Source: Octopus vulgaris (lineage: Eukaryota). From it: a stretch of 64,000 bases of DNA. Below, one piece after another: positions 1-12,279 of the stretch. Location of the stretch: positions 19,406,001-19,470,000 of the forward strand of contig OX597818.1 of assembly GCA_951406725.2 (NCBI GenBank), given 5' to 3'. Numbering within the stretch: the first letter of the stretch is position 1; each line of letters opens with the position of its first letter. Below the pieces are notes generated by a model that was not told where the DNA came from, did no database searches, and worked only from the letters and a program-made list of their open reading frames with translations. Both the position numbers and the translations under genes were made by a program.

Positions 1-100
1 AAAGCCCAAAGAATCCCTCTCAACACATGGCTATGATGCTCCCCCACTACTTCTGCTCGTGATCAGAGATGCACATATCGTCAGCCTACTGCATCAGGGC
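1..100. repeat. Dispersed repeat fragment; a related, diverged copy lies in the opposite orientation at ~22790-22895
   Basis: Reverse complement of 1-100 (ggctgacgatatgtgcatctc...agcagaagtagtgggggagcatcatagccatgtgttgagagggattcttt) aligns by eye with ggctgacaatatgttcatctc...aacagaagtaatgagggagggggcaccatagctatatattgagaagaattcttt. Confidence 0.7.
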
Positions 101-575
<475 letters not shown>

Positions 576-784
576 TTACAGATGATCACCGTCTCCTTGT
601 GGTTCCTCATTGTCAACGACATTTCTGACTTTCCGACCATGACCTCTCACATGGCCATTCAGTGTAACAGGTGCTACTGCTCCGGGTCAGAGGAAACCAG
701 GGAATAATAGTGGCTAAGAAGTGGTTCCGACCACTCAAAACTAGAGCCCCACGACTAGATGTAGTTTAAAGTCATACCCAAGAC

Positions 785-949
785 AAACACATACATGCAT
801 ACATACATACGCACACACACACATACACTCACACACACACACATGTATACACGCAGATACAATACATACATACATACACACACATACATACATACATACA
901 TACATACATACATACATACACACACACATACATACATACATACATACAT

Positions 950-982
<33 letters not shown>

Positions 983-1140
983 TACATACGTACATACATA
1001 CATACATACATACATACATACATACGTACATATATACATACATACATTCATAAATACGTACGTATATACATACATAGATAAATACATACGCACACATACA
1101 CACTCAAATACATACAGACAGATAGACACATACATACATA
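785..1140. repeat. Compound (CATA)n/(CA)n microsatellite
   Basis: Directly visible. Confidence 0.95.
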
Positions 1141-1964
1141 TGAAAACATGCCATACGTTTTCGAATTAATTTATTTCCCTCCGATTTAAAGTGCCCTCAA
1201 CACAGCACTAATAAAATTACAGGAGCGCAGATATTCCGTCGTTCAAAGCTGTCACATCTATAACTTCAAACATTTTTTTTCACTCGGCAAAGTCTTGCGC
1301 AAGTAAAATCCCTAAACGTGTTTTTTTCTGATCATTATATTGTTTATGTCGTACAACTTCCTTTTCCGGTAGAAAGAGAGCGAAAGAGAATCTCGTCGAA
1401 ATTTCCTTCCGTCCAACAGATATTAGTGTAGTGTTATTTTTACTGTGTTTTTTTGCCTTCCACTCGCCTCTCTTTACATGGCTCTTCATCAAACTAAATA
1501 GATGTTTGTATGTAATTGAAATACTTGGAGTCTCTTATAGTAGTTTTGCTCATATACAGTAGTGAATTATGAAAGCTATTGAATGGGGTTTTATTTTTTA
1601 TATAAAGCAATTTATTGTACTTCACCGTATTAATTACTCCGTCTGTTGGTCTGTCTTTTTCACCCCGTCTCTCTCTCTCTCTCTCTCTCTCTTTGTCACT
1701 CTTTCTTTCTCTCTCTCTCTCTCTCTCTCTCGCATTCTTCTTCTCACTCGATATATGCGTGTGTGTATAATGTCAGTACATAGGACTTTATATCTACATA
1801 TTTAGATATATGCATGTGTCAGATACACATCCATGGCTACATGACCTGCAAGCACACACACGAATACACACGCACCGCATGCACCACACTCACTCACACG
1901 CACACATCATATGCCTCATAGCTTATACTATTCTTTTAATTGTCTTAGTCATTGCGCTGTTATG

Positions 1965-2031
1965 ATATACATACATATATATATATATACATATGTATGT
2001 ATGTATATGTATATGTATGTATGTATGTATG

Positions 2032-2096
<65 letters not shown>

Positions 2097-2437
2097 GTAT
2101 ATATATATTTATATATATGTGTGTGTATAATTCTCAAGCTTGAAAACAGATCTGATGAATAGAAATTAACATATTCACCTGCAACTGTTTCAATTTTCAA
2201 CCCAAATTGAAACTACAAAACATATACACACGCACATACAGACACAAATACATACATACAGACAGACAGACAGATAGACAGACATACATATGAAAACATG
2301 CTGTACAGGGTGCACAAAGGACAATACAAGGATTACATTATAATCCGTTGGAATGTTCAGAATATATATATATGTATATGTGTATGTATGTATGTATGTA
2401 TACACAAACACACACACACACACATACATATATATAT

Positions 2438-2525
<88 letters not shown>
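1965..2525. repeat. Compound (TA)n/(TG)n/(TATG)n/(CA)n microsatellite cluster
   Basis: Directly visible. Confidence 0.9.
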
Positions 2526-2527
<2 letters not shown>

Positions 2528-2960
2528 ATCCACCTTTCCGCCCACAATTCTTGGAAGGTTCATTGGCGTAGAGTCCTCAGCTACTTCCTTCATAGGCTCC
2601 TATCAAAAGCAACCGTCATTAGATTTTCCGGATGGATTCTCAAGCACAACAAACTGAGACTATGGACATTATCCAACCATCTCGTTCTTGTTCCACCCCT
2701 AGGCATCCAGCCGGTTGGTTTGGCTTAATAAATCCCTCTTGCAATTCTTCCCTGAGACATTCTAATCACATATCCATAATATCGGAACCGTGTCCCTCAA
2801 TGCAGAGAAGTATCAGCTCGACCTCAGAGAGACCTTCTGATTCCCGAGCTAAGCTCGATGTCGAGTAATATTACTCAAGAGAACCTTCAGAGGAATCCCA
2901 CTTCGCCCGCCAATTGCCTGGTTTCTTACCACATAGTGATTTTATCAGAGACTTATGGAA
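2526..2960 (-). mobile_element. RTE-clade LINE (Expander/Rex3-like), decayed 3' fragment
   Basis: Minus strand reads, with a frameshift and stop, ELILLCIEG..RFRYYGYVIRMSQGRIARGIY*AKPTGWMPRGGTRTRWLDNVHSLS. This resembles the RTE C-terminus (LRWLGHxxRM...RPRGRPRTRWxD). Ends in a ggatggat tail. Confidence 0.8.
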
Positions 2961-3118
2961 ATCTGAGAGATATATGTTTCATTTCTATGTATTAGGTTTG
3001 GCTTGGAGATGGGTAGGTTTTGGGACTGAGTGGTGTGGATTGAGTTTATTGAGGGAGAATTTGCTTTTATTTTCATTCGTCTTTGTTTCGACGCAGATTA
3101 TATTTGCGTATGTACAAG

Positions 3119-3149
<31 letters not shown>

Positions 3150-3408
3150 ACTAGTTTGGACAAAAGAATTATATTCGCTCATGAAAGTGATAAATTCAAA
3201 TATATTTGATTAATCGGTAATTTTTTGTGGTAAAGGGTTAAGTAGGTTAATTTTAGTTCTCTGTCGGGGCTAATAGAGAAATAGGAAAAAAATTCTCATT
3301 CATTTGAGGGAATAGAATTTAGAATAATGGCAGGATTCATATTTTTCGTTTTACTATTTTATTTTATGGTCTGAAGGTCACTAAAGTAGTCGTGCGGATG
3401 ATTACTCT

Positions 3409-3505
<97 letters not shown>

Positions 3506-3575
3506 GTCTTTAGTAGATCATACAACGGTTTTCTACCTCCAGTTTGAAGAGAGGCTATTTGCCTGTGGCCATTGG

Positions 3576-3633
3576 AGTCTGACGAGTCGTCTATAAAGCT
3601 ACGTACTTTATGGATGCAAAACCAGTGGTCACT
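3576..3633 (+). ncRNA. Type I hammerhead ribozyme motif with long helix II and a G12A substitution, followed by a PLE-type tail (to ~3715)
   Basis: Helix I agt/act; core CTGACGA (3579-3585); helix II G(t)cgtctataaag/ctttatggatgC; AAAA in place of GAAA; helix III ACC-agt-GGT; GUC cleavage triplet ending at 3630. Confidence 0.65.
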
Positions 3634-3845
3634 GAGCATCTGATAATACAGTACTTGTACCACGTCCTCGTGTTATTGTCTTTTCTTGTTTGTCCTTCTT
3701 TGTTTGGATTCACTAGATACACACGCACATATATAATAAAGTGTTAACATTTGTGCTATACAAATGAGTAGCTCCAGCTACTTCTGTACTTCTGTTTATA
3801 TACCCAATCTGTTGAGTACATAAACAGATTGGGTTCTCATCACCA

Positions 3846-3888
3846 CTGATGAGAACCCAATAAGGTTCGAAAATCGAATCTGTTCAGC
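3846..3888 (+). ncRNA. Hammerhead core with canonical boxes but disrupted helices I and III
   Basis: CTGATGA-GAACC-caataa-GGTTC-GAAA; flanking helices are not well formed. Confidence 0.45.
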
Positions 3889-4414
3889 ATTCATTCTTTT
3901 TCTTTCCCAATAGCTAAATTTGCCTTCTTTTTCTGTCTACTACATAGATTACATAAATGTAAACACATTACTTCTATACTCTTGATGATAGTAAAAGAGA
4001 GAGAGAAAACGAGGGAAAGAGACAGAGATGAATGGACAAAGAGGACACCTTCTGACGGACTGTTTCACTATTTGTTTACCACTCTTCAAAGAAGACGTAT
4101 AGTTTCCTACTCTAATCAATAGCATAAAATTAGTCATTATATAAATCTGATATTTCTAACGTGTGTATCTGTGTGTGTGTGTGCGTGCGCGTGCATGCGT
4201 ACATGTGTGCATATGTGTGTGCGCGTGTCTGTGTGTGTGCGTGCATACATGAAGACGCAGGGCGCATTGGTTTGGTGCTGAGCTCACAATCGATCGGTTG
4301 TGTGTTTGTTTGTCGGAACAGGTGGCGCATTTCATCCTTGAGCAATCTACTTCATTTTGACATTCAGTCTACTAGCCTGAAAATAAACACTGGAGCGACA
4401 GCTGTTATGTTAAA

Positions 4415-4489
4415 CCTGCAACAAACTGGCGGTCCGGTCAGGGTGAGAATGGGGTTCTTGTGCTCTCGTTCGCTCAAACTCCATGGAAG
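4415..4489 (-). other. Candidate minus-strand exon (coding status unknown)
   Basis: Strong acceptor catttctttctttttttccag| at 4490; GC-richer unique sequence; ATG in cttccATGG opens MEFERTRAQEPHSHPDRTASLLQ; donor cag|gtttaa is weak. Confidence 0.3.
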
Positions 4490-5108
4490 CTGGAAAAAAA
4501 GAAAGAAATGATTACGTGTACGTGTGTGTATGTGTGCGTCTGTGTATGCTTGTGTGTGTGTGTACGTGTGTGTGTGCGTACTTTTAACCTAATGAATCAT
4601 ACAACTTTTGTATATTTGCGAACAAAACACGTTGATATCTTAGGAGGTAAGATTTCTCTCGATGTTTGTTTTCAGTGACACAACCTTTAGCTGACCAAAA
4701 TGCAACACACATACTCTCACATACATGCATACATACATACATACATACATACATACATACATACATACATACATACATACATACATACATTTATGTGTGT
4801 GTGTGAGCGTGTGTCACCGTGACTGGAACTTTATAGAAATGTCAGCTACAGATATCGATATCATCTGTATTTAAATATCTATAGATGGGCCAACAAAGGT
4901 GTCTGCATACCGTCACTTGAACTACTAGAAATCGCAGCCCAATATTCTTTTTATCCCATGCTTTATTCCTTTATAAAGTTTAATGTCTTTACAAAGCTGT
5001 ATTTAGGAAGGACACGTTGATAATATAACCCAAGGTGTGAATAAAATATAAAGGGATGGATGATCCACTATTGGAACGTATTTGGCCATAGCTCTGTTTG
5101 GTGAGAGA

Positions 5109-5160
<52 letters not shown>

Positions 5161-5724
5161 TTTGATTTGAAAACCCCACTAGAATGGGAGAAAGCGCTAA
5201 TAATCTGAATGATATGATATATATATGTAAAAAATGTAATATATAAATAAATATCTATAAATATGAACCATCCGATCTTCTGATTACCTCATTTCTTCTA
5301 ATATATATATAGATATATATGTTGACGTCAACTGAAAACTGCAGACAGAGGAGTCGATACTATTGTCAATCTAACAACTAAAAAACAGCTACTCGTGTCT
5401 TGGCATTGCGCATGTGTTCCATAACCAGGTGTACATTACTATCAGTATATACGATATTCTAGTGAGAATCAATAACAAAGAAAACATTATTATTATTATT
5501 ATTATTATTGCAATAAAATTAAGATTCCATTAAGATTTGTGGTTAAATTAATGAGTAAGGTTAATATTTATAATGAATTTGCCATTTTCTATGACTGTGT
5601 GCAGCGCACACCTATCACACTCGGAATGTACGCTCCTGGGAGGGTGAGAGGGAGTTAGAGAAAGAGAAAGTAAGAAAGAATGGGATGATCTACACTAAGC
5701 TGGTTTGCCCCACATAGTGGTGGA

Positions 5725-6232
5725 TCCTCGTCGTTCGACTACGAGGGTACATTTGTTTCATAAAAGTTACTAGTCCTGAATTAACGTTCAAGTCGCTGAG
5801 CATTTCTCCGACGCATGTACCCCTAACGTAGTTCTCTGAATCAGCGTAATACTGTGTGACAAGGCTGTACCTTTTGAATTACTGGTACAATCCACCCGAC
5901 AGGATTTTATAGCTTCCGTATATTCAATTTCACTCATAAGGTGTCGGTCGACTTGAGGCTCTGAAAATAAATGAGGTTTGCTCAAAATTTCACGCAGATG
6001 AATCGAACGCGTGTCTTCAAGGTTGGAAAGTAATATCCTTAACCATTCGGCCATACTGTGCCCTACACATGCCCTTTATTTGGTGGTGGATCTCCGTTGT
6101 TCGGTGATGTGGTTTCAGTTGTTCAATCAACTGGATTACCTGCTGCTCCTGGATTAACATGCACGTATCCGAGCACTCCATAAACACGCATGCCTTTAAA
6201 TTAATTCCCAGACAGAATCAACATGACACAGT

Positions 6233-6270
<38 letters not shown>

Positions 6271-6310
6271 CAAGGTTGTATATTATGCATTACAAGTTCA
6301 GTGCACCCAA
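5725..6310 (-). mobile_element. Two degenerate copies of SINE family C (5725-6054 and ~6095-6310)
   Basis: Share ttaacgt..caagt.gctgagca.t.c...acgcatg body with 16862-17169; tRNA-like head (tggccgaatggttaagg...gttcgattc) near 6054. Confidence 0.6.
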
Positions 6311-6470
6311 TGGGCTTCTGTTCAGTTTCCGTCTACTCAGTTTCACCCACAAGGCATAGGTAGAGCCGAGGCTATAGAAAATGACATCTGACCAATATGC
6401 CACGCAGTGGTAGATCGAACCCAAGTTCTCGTGGTCGCGAAGCCAGCTTGTTAACCATCCACTCATACCG
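6311..6470 (-). mobile_element. SINE family A, 5' half
   Basis: Reverse complement matches the head and body of 39999-40155. Confidence 0.75.
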
Positions 6471-7103
6471 TCTCTTTATATACACGATATAAAGACGAAG
6501 TCTTCTGCGGAGTTCTCGTGGTTACGTTCTGATTAAATTATCAATCTAATATAAACAAACTGTTTATCATCATTCTCATTTGTTATACGTGATGCAGTGC
6601 GATAGTGAGGAGACGACAGAAAATGGGCTATAGAATAACATTGCTTTTAATTTATGGAACCTGAATTTATGGTTAAAGAAGTGTCTGGAAAACTGACGGT
6701 CATTTTTTTTTGTTTAGGACATGATGCAAGCAAATCCAAAGATCCCTGTGATATGTACCCCTGCTGTTAATAAATAATCAGGGAGTTACATTAGTATTTA
6801 AATACTTAGCTGGAATAAATCAGTTGCTCTGACTAGCACTGAGCGGATATAAGGAACCTTGCCAAACACCTGTTATTGTTGCTACTGACAACAGTGTTTT
6901 TCATCTAAATATCAGTTCTCCGCTAACAAACCATCCATGAAGATGTCAATTAAAGATATAAAAACTGGTGGATATTGATTTCAGAGCAACACAGCATAAA
7001 GACACCAACACTTGTGGTTTCTACCTGAAAACGGAATTTTAACGCTATTACGATGCACATGTTGTTCGATTTTTGTGTTTTTTATTTTGTTTTCTTCTCC
7101 ATT

Positions 7104-7490
7104 GGCGCAGGTATGGCTGTGTGGTAAGTAGCTTGCTTACCAACCACTTGGTTCGGGGTTCCCTCCCACTGCGTGGCACCTTGGCCAAGTGTTTTCTACT
7201 ATAGTCTCAGGCCGACCAAAGCCTTTTGAGTGGATCTGTTAGATGAAAACTGAAAGAAGCCCGTCGTGTGTGTGTGTGTGTAATTGTGTATGTGTTTGTT
7301 TCCTCACCACCGCTTGATAACGGGTGTTGGTGTGTTTACTTCACAGTAACTTAACAGTTCAACAAAAGAGACCGATTGAATAAGTGCCAGGCTTTAAAAG
7401 TAAATGGTGTCGGCTAAAAATTTTTCAAGGTGGTGCTCCAGCCTGGCCGGTGTCTAATGATTGAAACAAGTAAAAGATAAACAGATAAAA
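7104..7490 (+). mobile_element. SINE family A, full length
   Basis: tggctgtgtggtaagtagcttgcttaccaaccac...gaaactgaaagaagcccgtc-(TG)n-...gaaacaagtaaaagataa, colinear with 39999-40394. Confidence 0.9.
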
Positions 7491-7560
7491 GAATTTATAT
7501 TTCAGTTTGAAGAAGAGGATCTCTAACCCTAGCCGTTTACATAACATTCAAGATGTGGTT

Positions 7561-7840
7561 CAGGGGTCCCCAAACTTCTTTTACACCATGAACTGGTTTC
7601 ACGCAAAACAGTTTCTTTGCACGGACCGAGGTAATATGCGTTTAACGAAACACAATAAAGTGCATAATATGTATTTTGATTATTACATATATAGTACACA
7701 TATATTACTTATATAGTACATATATAATGCAAAAACATCCTACAGGCTGCGATAGTCAATAAAAGAACATTGACATTTTAAAATTTATTCTTTACGTACG
7801 ACCCGGAACTGGTTTGTGGTTCAGTGGTCGGGAATCTCTG
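7561..7840. mobile_element. hAT-type MITE (old)
   Basis: Termini caggggtccccaaac and gtcgggaatctctg form imperfect TIRs; flanking 8-mers atgtggtt and gtgtagat match at 5/8 as a decayed TSD. Confidence 0.55.
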
Positions 7841-8335
7841 GTGTAGATGATGAGGATGGTGTTATAGGATGATGCCTTTCAAAAATATGTGTTAAAGAAG
7901 GAACGTGTAAATAGAACCAAATCTCCCTTAAATTACATCCCATCATTTAAATAAAATAAGGGATATATTAGATAACCCATACACCAAAATAAGAAGTGGT
8001 AGTCATAACCGTAAAGCTTTCGATCATGGATCTACTCAACAAAATCCTACATGGGACTAAAACAGTAATAGTAGCAACAACAAAACCATCGTGGGTTTGT
8101 GAAATCTTCTTAGTGTTCCAGGGATGGTTTCGGTAGGATCGATACAGAACTTACTAGTTCAGACGAGATGAAGTCATTGCAGAAGAAACAGAGGGTGTTT
8201 CAAACGTGTCGGCATTTTAATGACTCTTTGTAATAGTCTTTGGTGAATGAAGAACGGTCACCAACTATTCTGAAGCCATTAGCAGAAGATGCGATATAAA
8301 ACGCTTGCGTGACAAGATATAAATAATATTTCAGT

Positions 8336-8862
8336 AAGGCGGCCAAATTAGCCGAATTACTAGTACCGGATAGAATGACTCGCAGTGATCGTTCCGACTC
8401 TCTTCGCTCTGGGTTCAAACCCTACTGATGCCAAAGTTATCGTTTCTCTTTTTAAGGTCGATAAATTAAGTGCCTGTAAAGTTCTGGAGGCAGTTCTATT
8501 TTTCTTCTTACAGTATTGAGTTACGTTCTTTATTTTAAGTTCTTAGCTCTAATCCCGCCGAAGTCGACATTGCCTTTCATTCTTCCTGGGACAATAAAAT
8601 AAAGTACTTGTCAAGTGTTGGGGGTCGATATAACTGGTTGTTCTCTTCCCCATGTCGGAGGTGGCATGCCTATTTTAGAAATTATTGCCTTGTGGTATTG
8701 TTCCGGCTCTTTTCTTACTGAGTTCAAATCTTACCAAGGTCAAATTTGTTTTTCATCCCTCCTTGGTCGATAAAATAAAATACCACTCAAGTACAAGAGT
8801 CGATTTAGTCGACTATTCCTTTCGCCTACAAAAATGTCAAACCTTGTGCTTAAATTAGAAAC
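8336..8862 (+). mobile_element. SINE family B, degenerate multimer (three core modules)
   Basis: aaggcggcc... head; three repeats of a gttcaaa...gtcga...ctttcat...gataaaataa.gtac module. Confidence 0.7.
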
Positions 8863-9249
8863 CATGATTATTATCAGCTTTGATGCATCACCGAAAACTG
8901 GGCTTTAGGAATTCGTTTGTTCTACATTCTTAAAAATAGTATCCATTAATTCATCTAGGCCCTCTTTTAACTATAGCTAAGTTCAGCTGGGATAAAAAAA
9001 ATACTCTTTTTTTTTTGTTTTTGTAGTTTATTTCCGTCAGAATATTTAAAAAGCATTGCAAGGGATCGGTGTGAACGGTCTCAACCAACCAAATAAAGAT
9101 GCAAGGAAGTGTTGTTATCATCATAGCCATTATTTGCTCTTTATTAGATTGACCTTTGGTCGATACATCCTCCCAGTATTAGTCAGTCTGCATGCGTTGA
9201 ACTTTGTCAAACCGTTTGTCTGTCTCTGATGTGCGATTATAGACTGCAG

Positions 9250-10332
9250 TGATGGTTGCGATAGAGGTGGTGGTAGTGGCGGTGAGAGGTAGAAGTATAA
9301 AGCCTGTAGACGCAGTTGTGGCGGTGATGATGATGGTGAGATATATAATTATATTAAAGAATGAATGCGGTGGTGGTGGTGATAGTAGTGGTGGTGGTGG
9401 TTTAATGATGTGACGGCAGTGGTATTTTTCGTGGTGGTAGTGGCGGAGTTTTAGATATGGTGACGATCCCAGTAATGGTTGAGGTGATGGTGTTTTGTTG
9501 TTAGCTGTATTTTTTGTTGTTTTTTTGTGTGGTTTTGCTTTTTCTTTAAAGGTGATGTTGGTGATAGCGAAAAGAAGCGATGTTAAATACTAGATTGGCG
9601 GTCTTGGTGGGGGCGAAGATGTAGAGATGTAAAGGTGTTAAATGCTAAGGGCAATGCTGGCTGTGATGATCAACAATGATGTTGATGGTGTGAGTAAACT
9701 GAGATGAAGGAAGAGAAAGAGAGAGAGAAAAATGTTATTAAGGGCCATACTAGCAAATGCACTGGTGGTAGTGGTGGTGGTGGCGGCGGAGGCGGTGGTG
9801 ATGGTGATGCGTTAGAGTCAGAAATCAAGGATTTCAGTGATGGGTGTATCTGTGGTGATGGTGGTGGTGGTGGTTGTGGTGGTGGTGATGTTGGTGGGGT
9901 GATGCTTTGGTGTTAGTAATAGTTTTTTGAGTATGTGTGGAGCGGGGGAGAGAGAGAGAGAGAGAGACTGAGAGAAAATCGAGTATTAAGCACTGGAAGG
10001 GATGATGATGGTGATGACAACGACGGCAATAATAATGATGTTGATGATGATGATGATGACGACGACGACGACGGCGGTGGTGGTGGTGGTGGTGCTACTG
10101 CTGGTAGAGAGGGCGATGGTGATGGTGAGGGCGGTTTTAGCGACTTGAGATGGCGAGAAAAATGTTTAAGGAGTGAGCGTGATGACTTCAAGTGTAGGAG
10201 GAAAACTGAGAGACAAAAAAAAAAAAATGATTTGGTATAGTTTTTCTGTTTGTCTGCCTACGCATGTAACATAACCGAAGGAATGAGACAAGATTAAATA
10301 AATAAAGAAAGAAAGAAAGAAAAAAAGAAGGA

Positions 10333-10404
<72 letters not shown>

Positions 10405-10430
10405 AGGAAAGAGAGAAAGAAAGAAAGGAA
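9250..10430. repeat. Low-complexity (GGT)n/(GAT)n/(GAC)n region followed by (GAAA)n at 10306-10430
   Basis: Directly visible. Confidence 0.9.
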
Positions 10431-10663
10431 TAGCCGTGATATTTATGTCAACTGAGTGTCGCTACATGAAATTACTCCAACAAAATTAACTTCTGATTGT
10501 TCACATATAAATTACATAATTGCCGCTTCCAGTATACATTCATTCACGCCTTTCACCGCTAGATGGCGACAGTGTCCTCTTAGTGTATGGTCTTTAACAT
10601 TTTTTGTTTTTGTTTTTTTAACTATTTATAGTAATTTCTCTCTTCCCTATTATTCTATAAGCT

Positions 10664-11345
10664 TAAGCGTAGCTGTGCGGTAAGAAGTTTGCGTCCAAAC
10701 CAAATGGTTTCTGGTTCAGTTCCACTGCGCGGCACCTTGGGCAAATGTTTTCTATTGTAGTCACGAGCCGGACAAAGAAGCCTTGTGAGTGGATTTGGCA
10801 GAAAAAACTGAAAGAAGACCGTCACACACGTACACACACAAACATACACTATTTATGATTTTTGTGATTTAACAAGGCAACCAAATGTTTCATACAGCTG
10901 GACGTTTCGAAGCGGTTGTCCATAGGTTTCGAAGCAGCTAAGAAATATTCACATCAGCAGGACAGCTGACCTCTATGACGGTACATACTTTTTCTTGTCC
11001 GTCCCGAATAACAATATCCGGCCTTTTATGTTTACACTTAGATGTTTTAATGGGAATGTTCCATCAGTATTCCTAGTGTTAATGCTTGTGTATATATTCA
11101 ATAACAGGAGTATTCTCTATATTTCTTCGAGGACAGCCTTGTATGTATGTAAGAATAGCTTTGTATGTATGCATGTACGTATGTGTTTGTGTTTATGCAC
11201 CACCACCACTAAGCAGTATGGCTAAAGACCGATAGAATAAGTACCAGACTTATAAATATTAATAATGGGGATGACTAACTCCTTCATGGTGGTGCCCCAC
11301 CATGGCCGCAGTCGAATGAGTGAAACAAATTAAAGATAAAAGATA
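10664..11345 (+). mobile_element. SINE family A split by a LINE fragment (head 10664-10850, tail ~11160-11345)
   Basis: Head tagctgtgcggtaagaagtttgc...ggttcagttccactgcgcggcaccttgggcaaa; tail agaccgatagaataagtaccag...gaaacaaattaaagataaaaga. Confidence 0.8.
10851..11141 (-). mobile_element. R4/Dong-like LINE remnant: restriction-like endonuclease segment plus putative 3' end
   Basis: Minus strand reads VIEYIHKH*H*EY*WNIPIKTSKCKHKRPDIVIRDGQEKVCTVIEVSCPADVNIS*, containing the RPD...E PD-(D/E)xK-type RLE motif. Confidence 0.75.
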
Positions 11346-11480
11346 TTCCGTTCTTTCGTTTTTGCTTTGTTGTTGTTCTATTGTTAACTGCTGTAATACA
11401 AATTCATTGGACATTTTATGCGTTCCGTTATTTCTTAGCCTACTTATTCTTTATGATGCAGATTTGGCAACACAAAAACT

Positions 11481-11974
11481 CTCGTGATGAAGGTGTATTG
11501 TGCTTCTGAATGTTTTGCTGTTATGTGGAATTTCGGAACGGGAAATCCACTTTCCTCATCAACTAATCAGGCCATGATGTAGGAATCCGTAACGTTTTGC
11601 GTTACGGAATTTCTTGAAACAGCCGGTGTTCTCATTCTATATCATAATATAGATCATGATGAAGATGATGATCATCATCACGATGATGATGGAGACGGTT
11701 GTTTTTGTTGTTGGTGGTGGTGGTGGTGAGGGTCTTATTAGTGATGTGAGATGGTGAAGAAAATGTTGAGAGTGAGTGTGATGGTTTCAAGCTGTTCTGC
11801 ATGCTTGCCAACATATGCAACATAGCAGGTGAATTTAGAGAATAATTAATGAAAGAAAGAAAGAAAAAAAAGAAAGAAAGAAAAATTAGTCAATGACGGA
11901 AGTGGGTTTCGCGTTTCGAAATTCCACTTTACAGTAAAAAAAAATTCAGCAACGTAGCGCTTCCTCATCGTGAG
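11481..11974. repeat. Diverged ~85-bp inverted repeat (11481-11567 / 11885-11974) with an internal 9-bp hairpin (11586-11608)
   Basis: gtggaatttcggaacgggaaatccactttcctcatcaactaat versus reverse complement of the right arm gtggaatttcgaaacgcgaaacccacttccgtcattgactaat. Confidence 0.75.
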
Positions 11975-12279
11975 GATTCCTTTATCACTAAAACTGTGTC
12001 ACAAATAATGGAATACATATAATGACCAAAGAATTTCTATTGCAGCAAAGTTAAAGAACAAAATAGGAATAGCGGAAAGAAAAAAAGGAGGAGGAGGAGG
12101 GGGAATAAAAATAGCAAACAAATTTGAGAGACCACACACTAAGAGGACACAATCGCCACCTAACGATGAAAGGCCTGAATAAATTAATGAATATTGGAAA
12201 CAGCAATTATGTAATTTATATGTGAACAATCATAAGTTTATTTTGCAGGAGACTTGGTTGATGCAAATATCACGGCTGT

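Noticed and set aside
9704-10240. Gly/Asp/Ser-rich ORFs
   Set aside because: Trinucleotide low-complexity DNA with no domain or splice evidence.
10898-10960. Apparent minus-strand hammerhead (ctg-CTGATGT...GAAACGTC-cag)
   Set aside because: The CTGATGT lies in the coding remnant for PADVN of the RLE endonuclease, so the match is likely coincidental.
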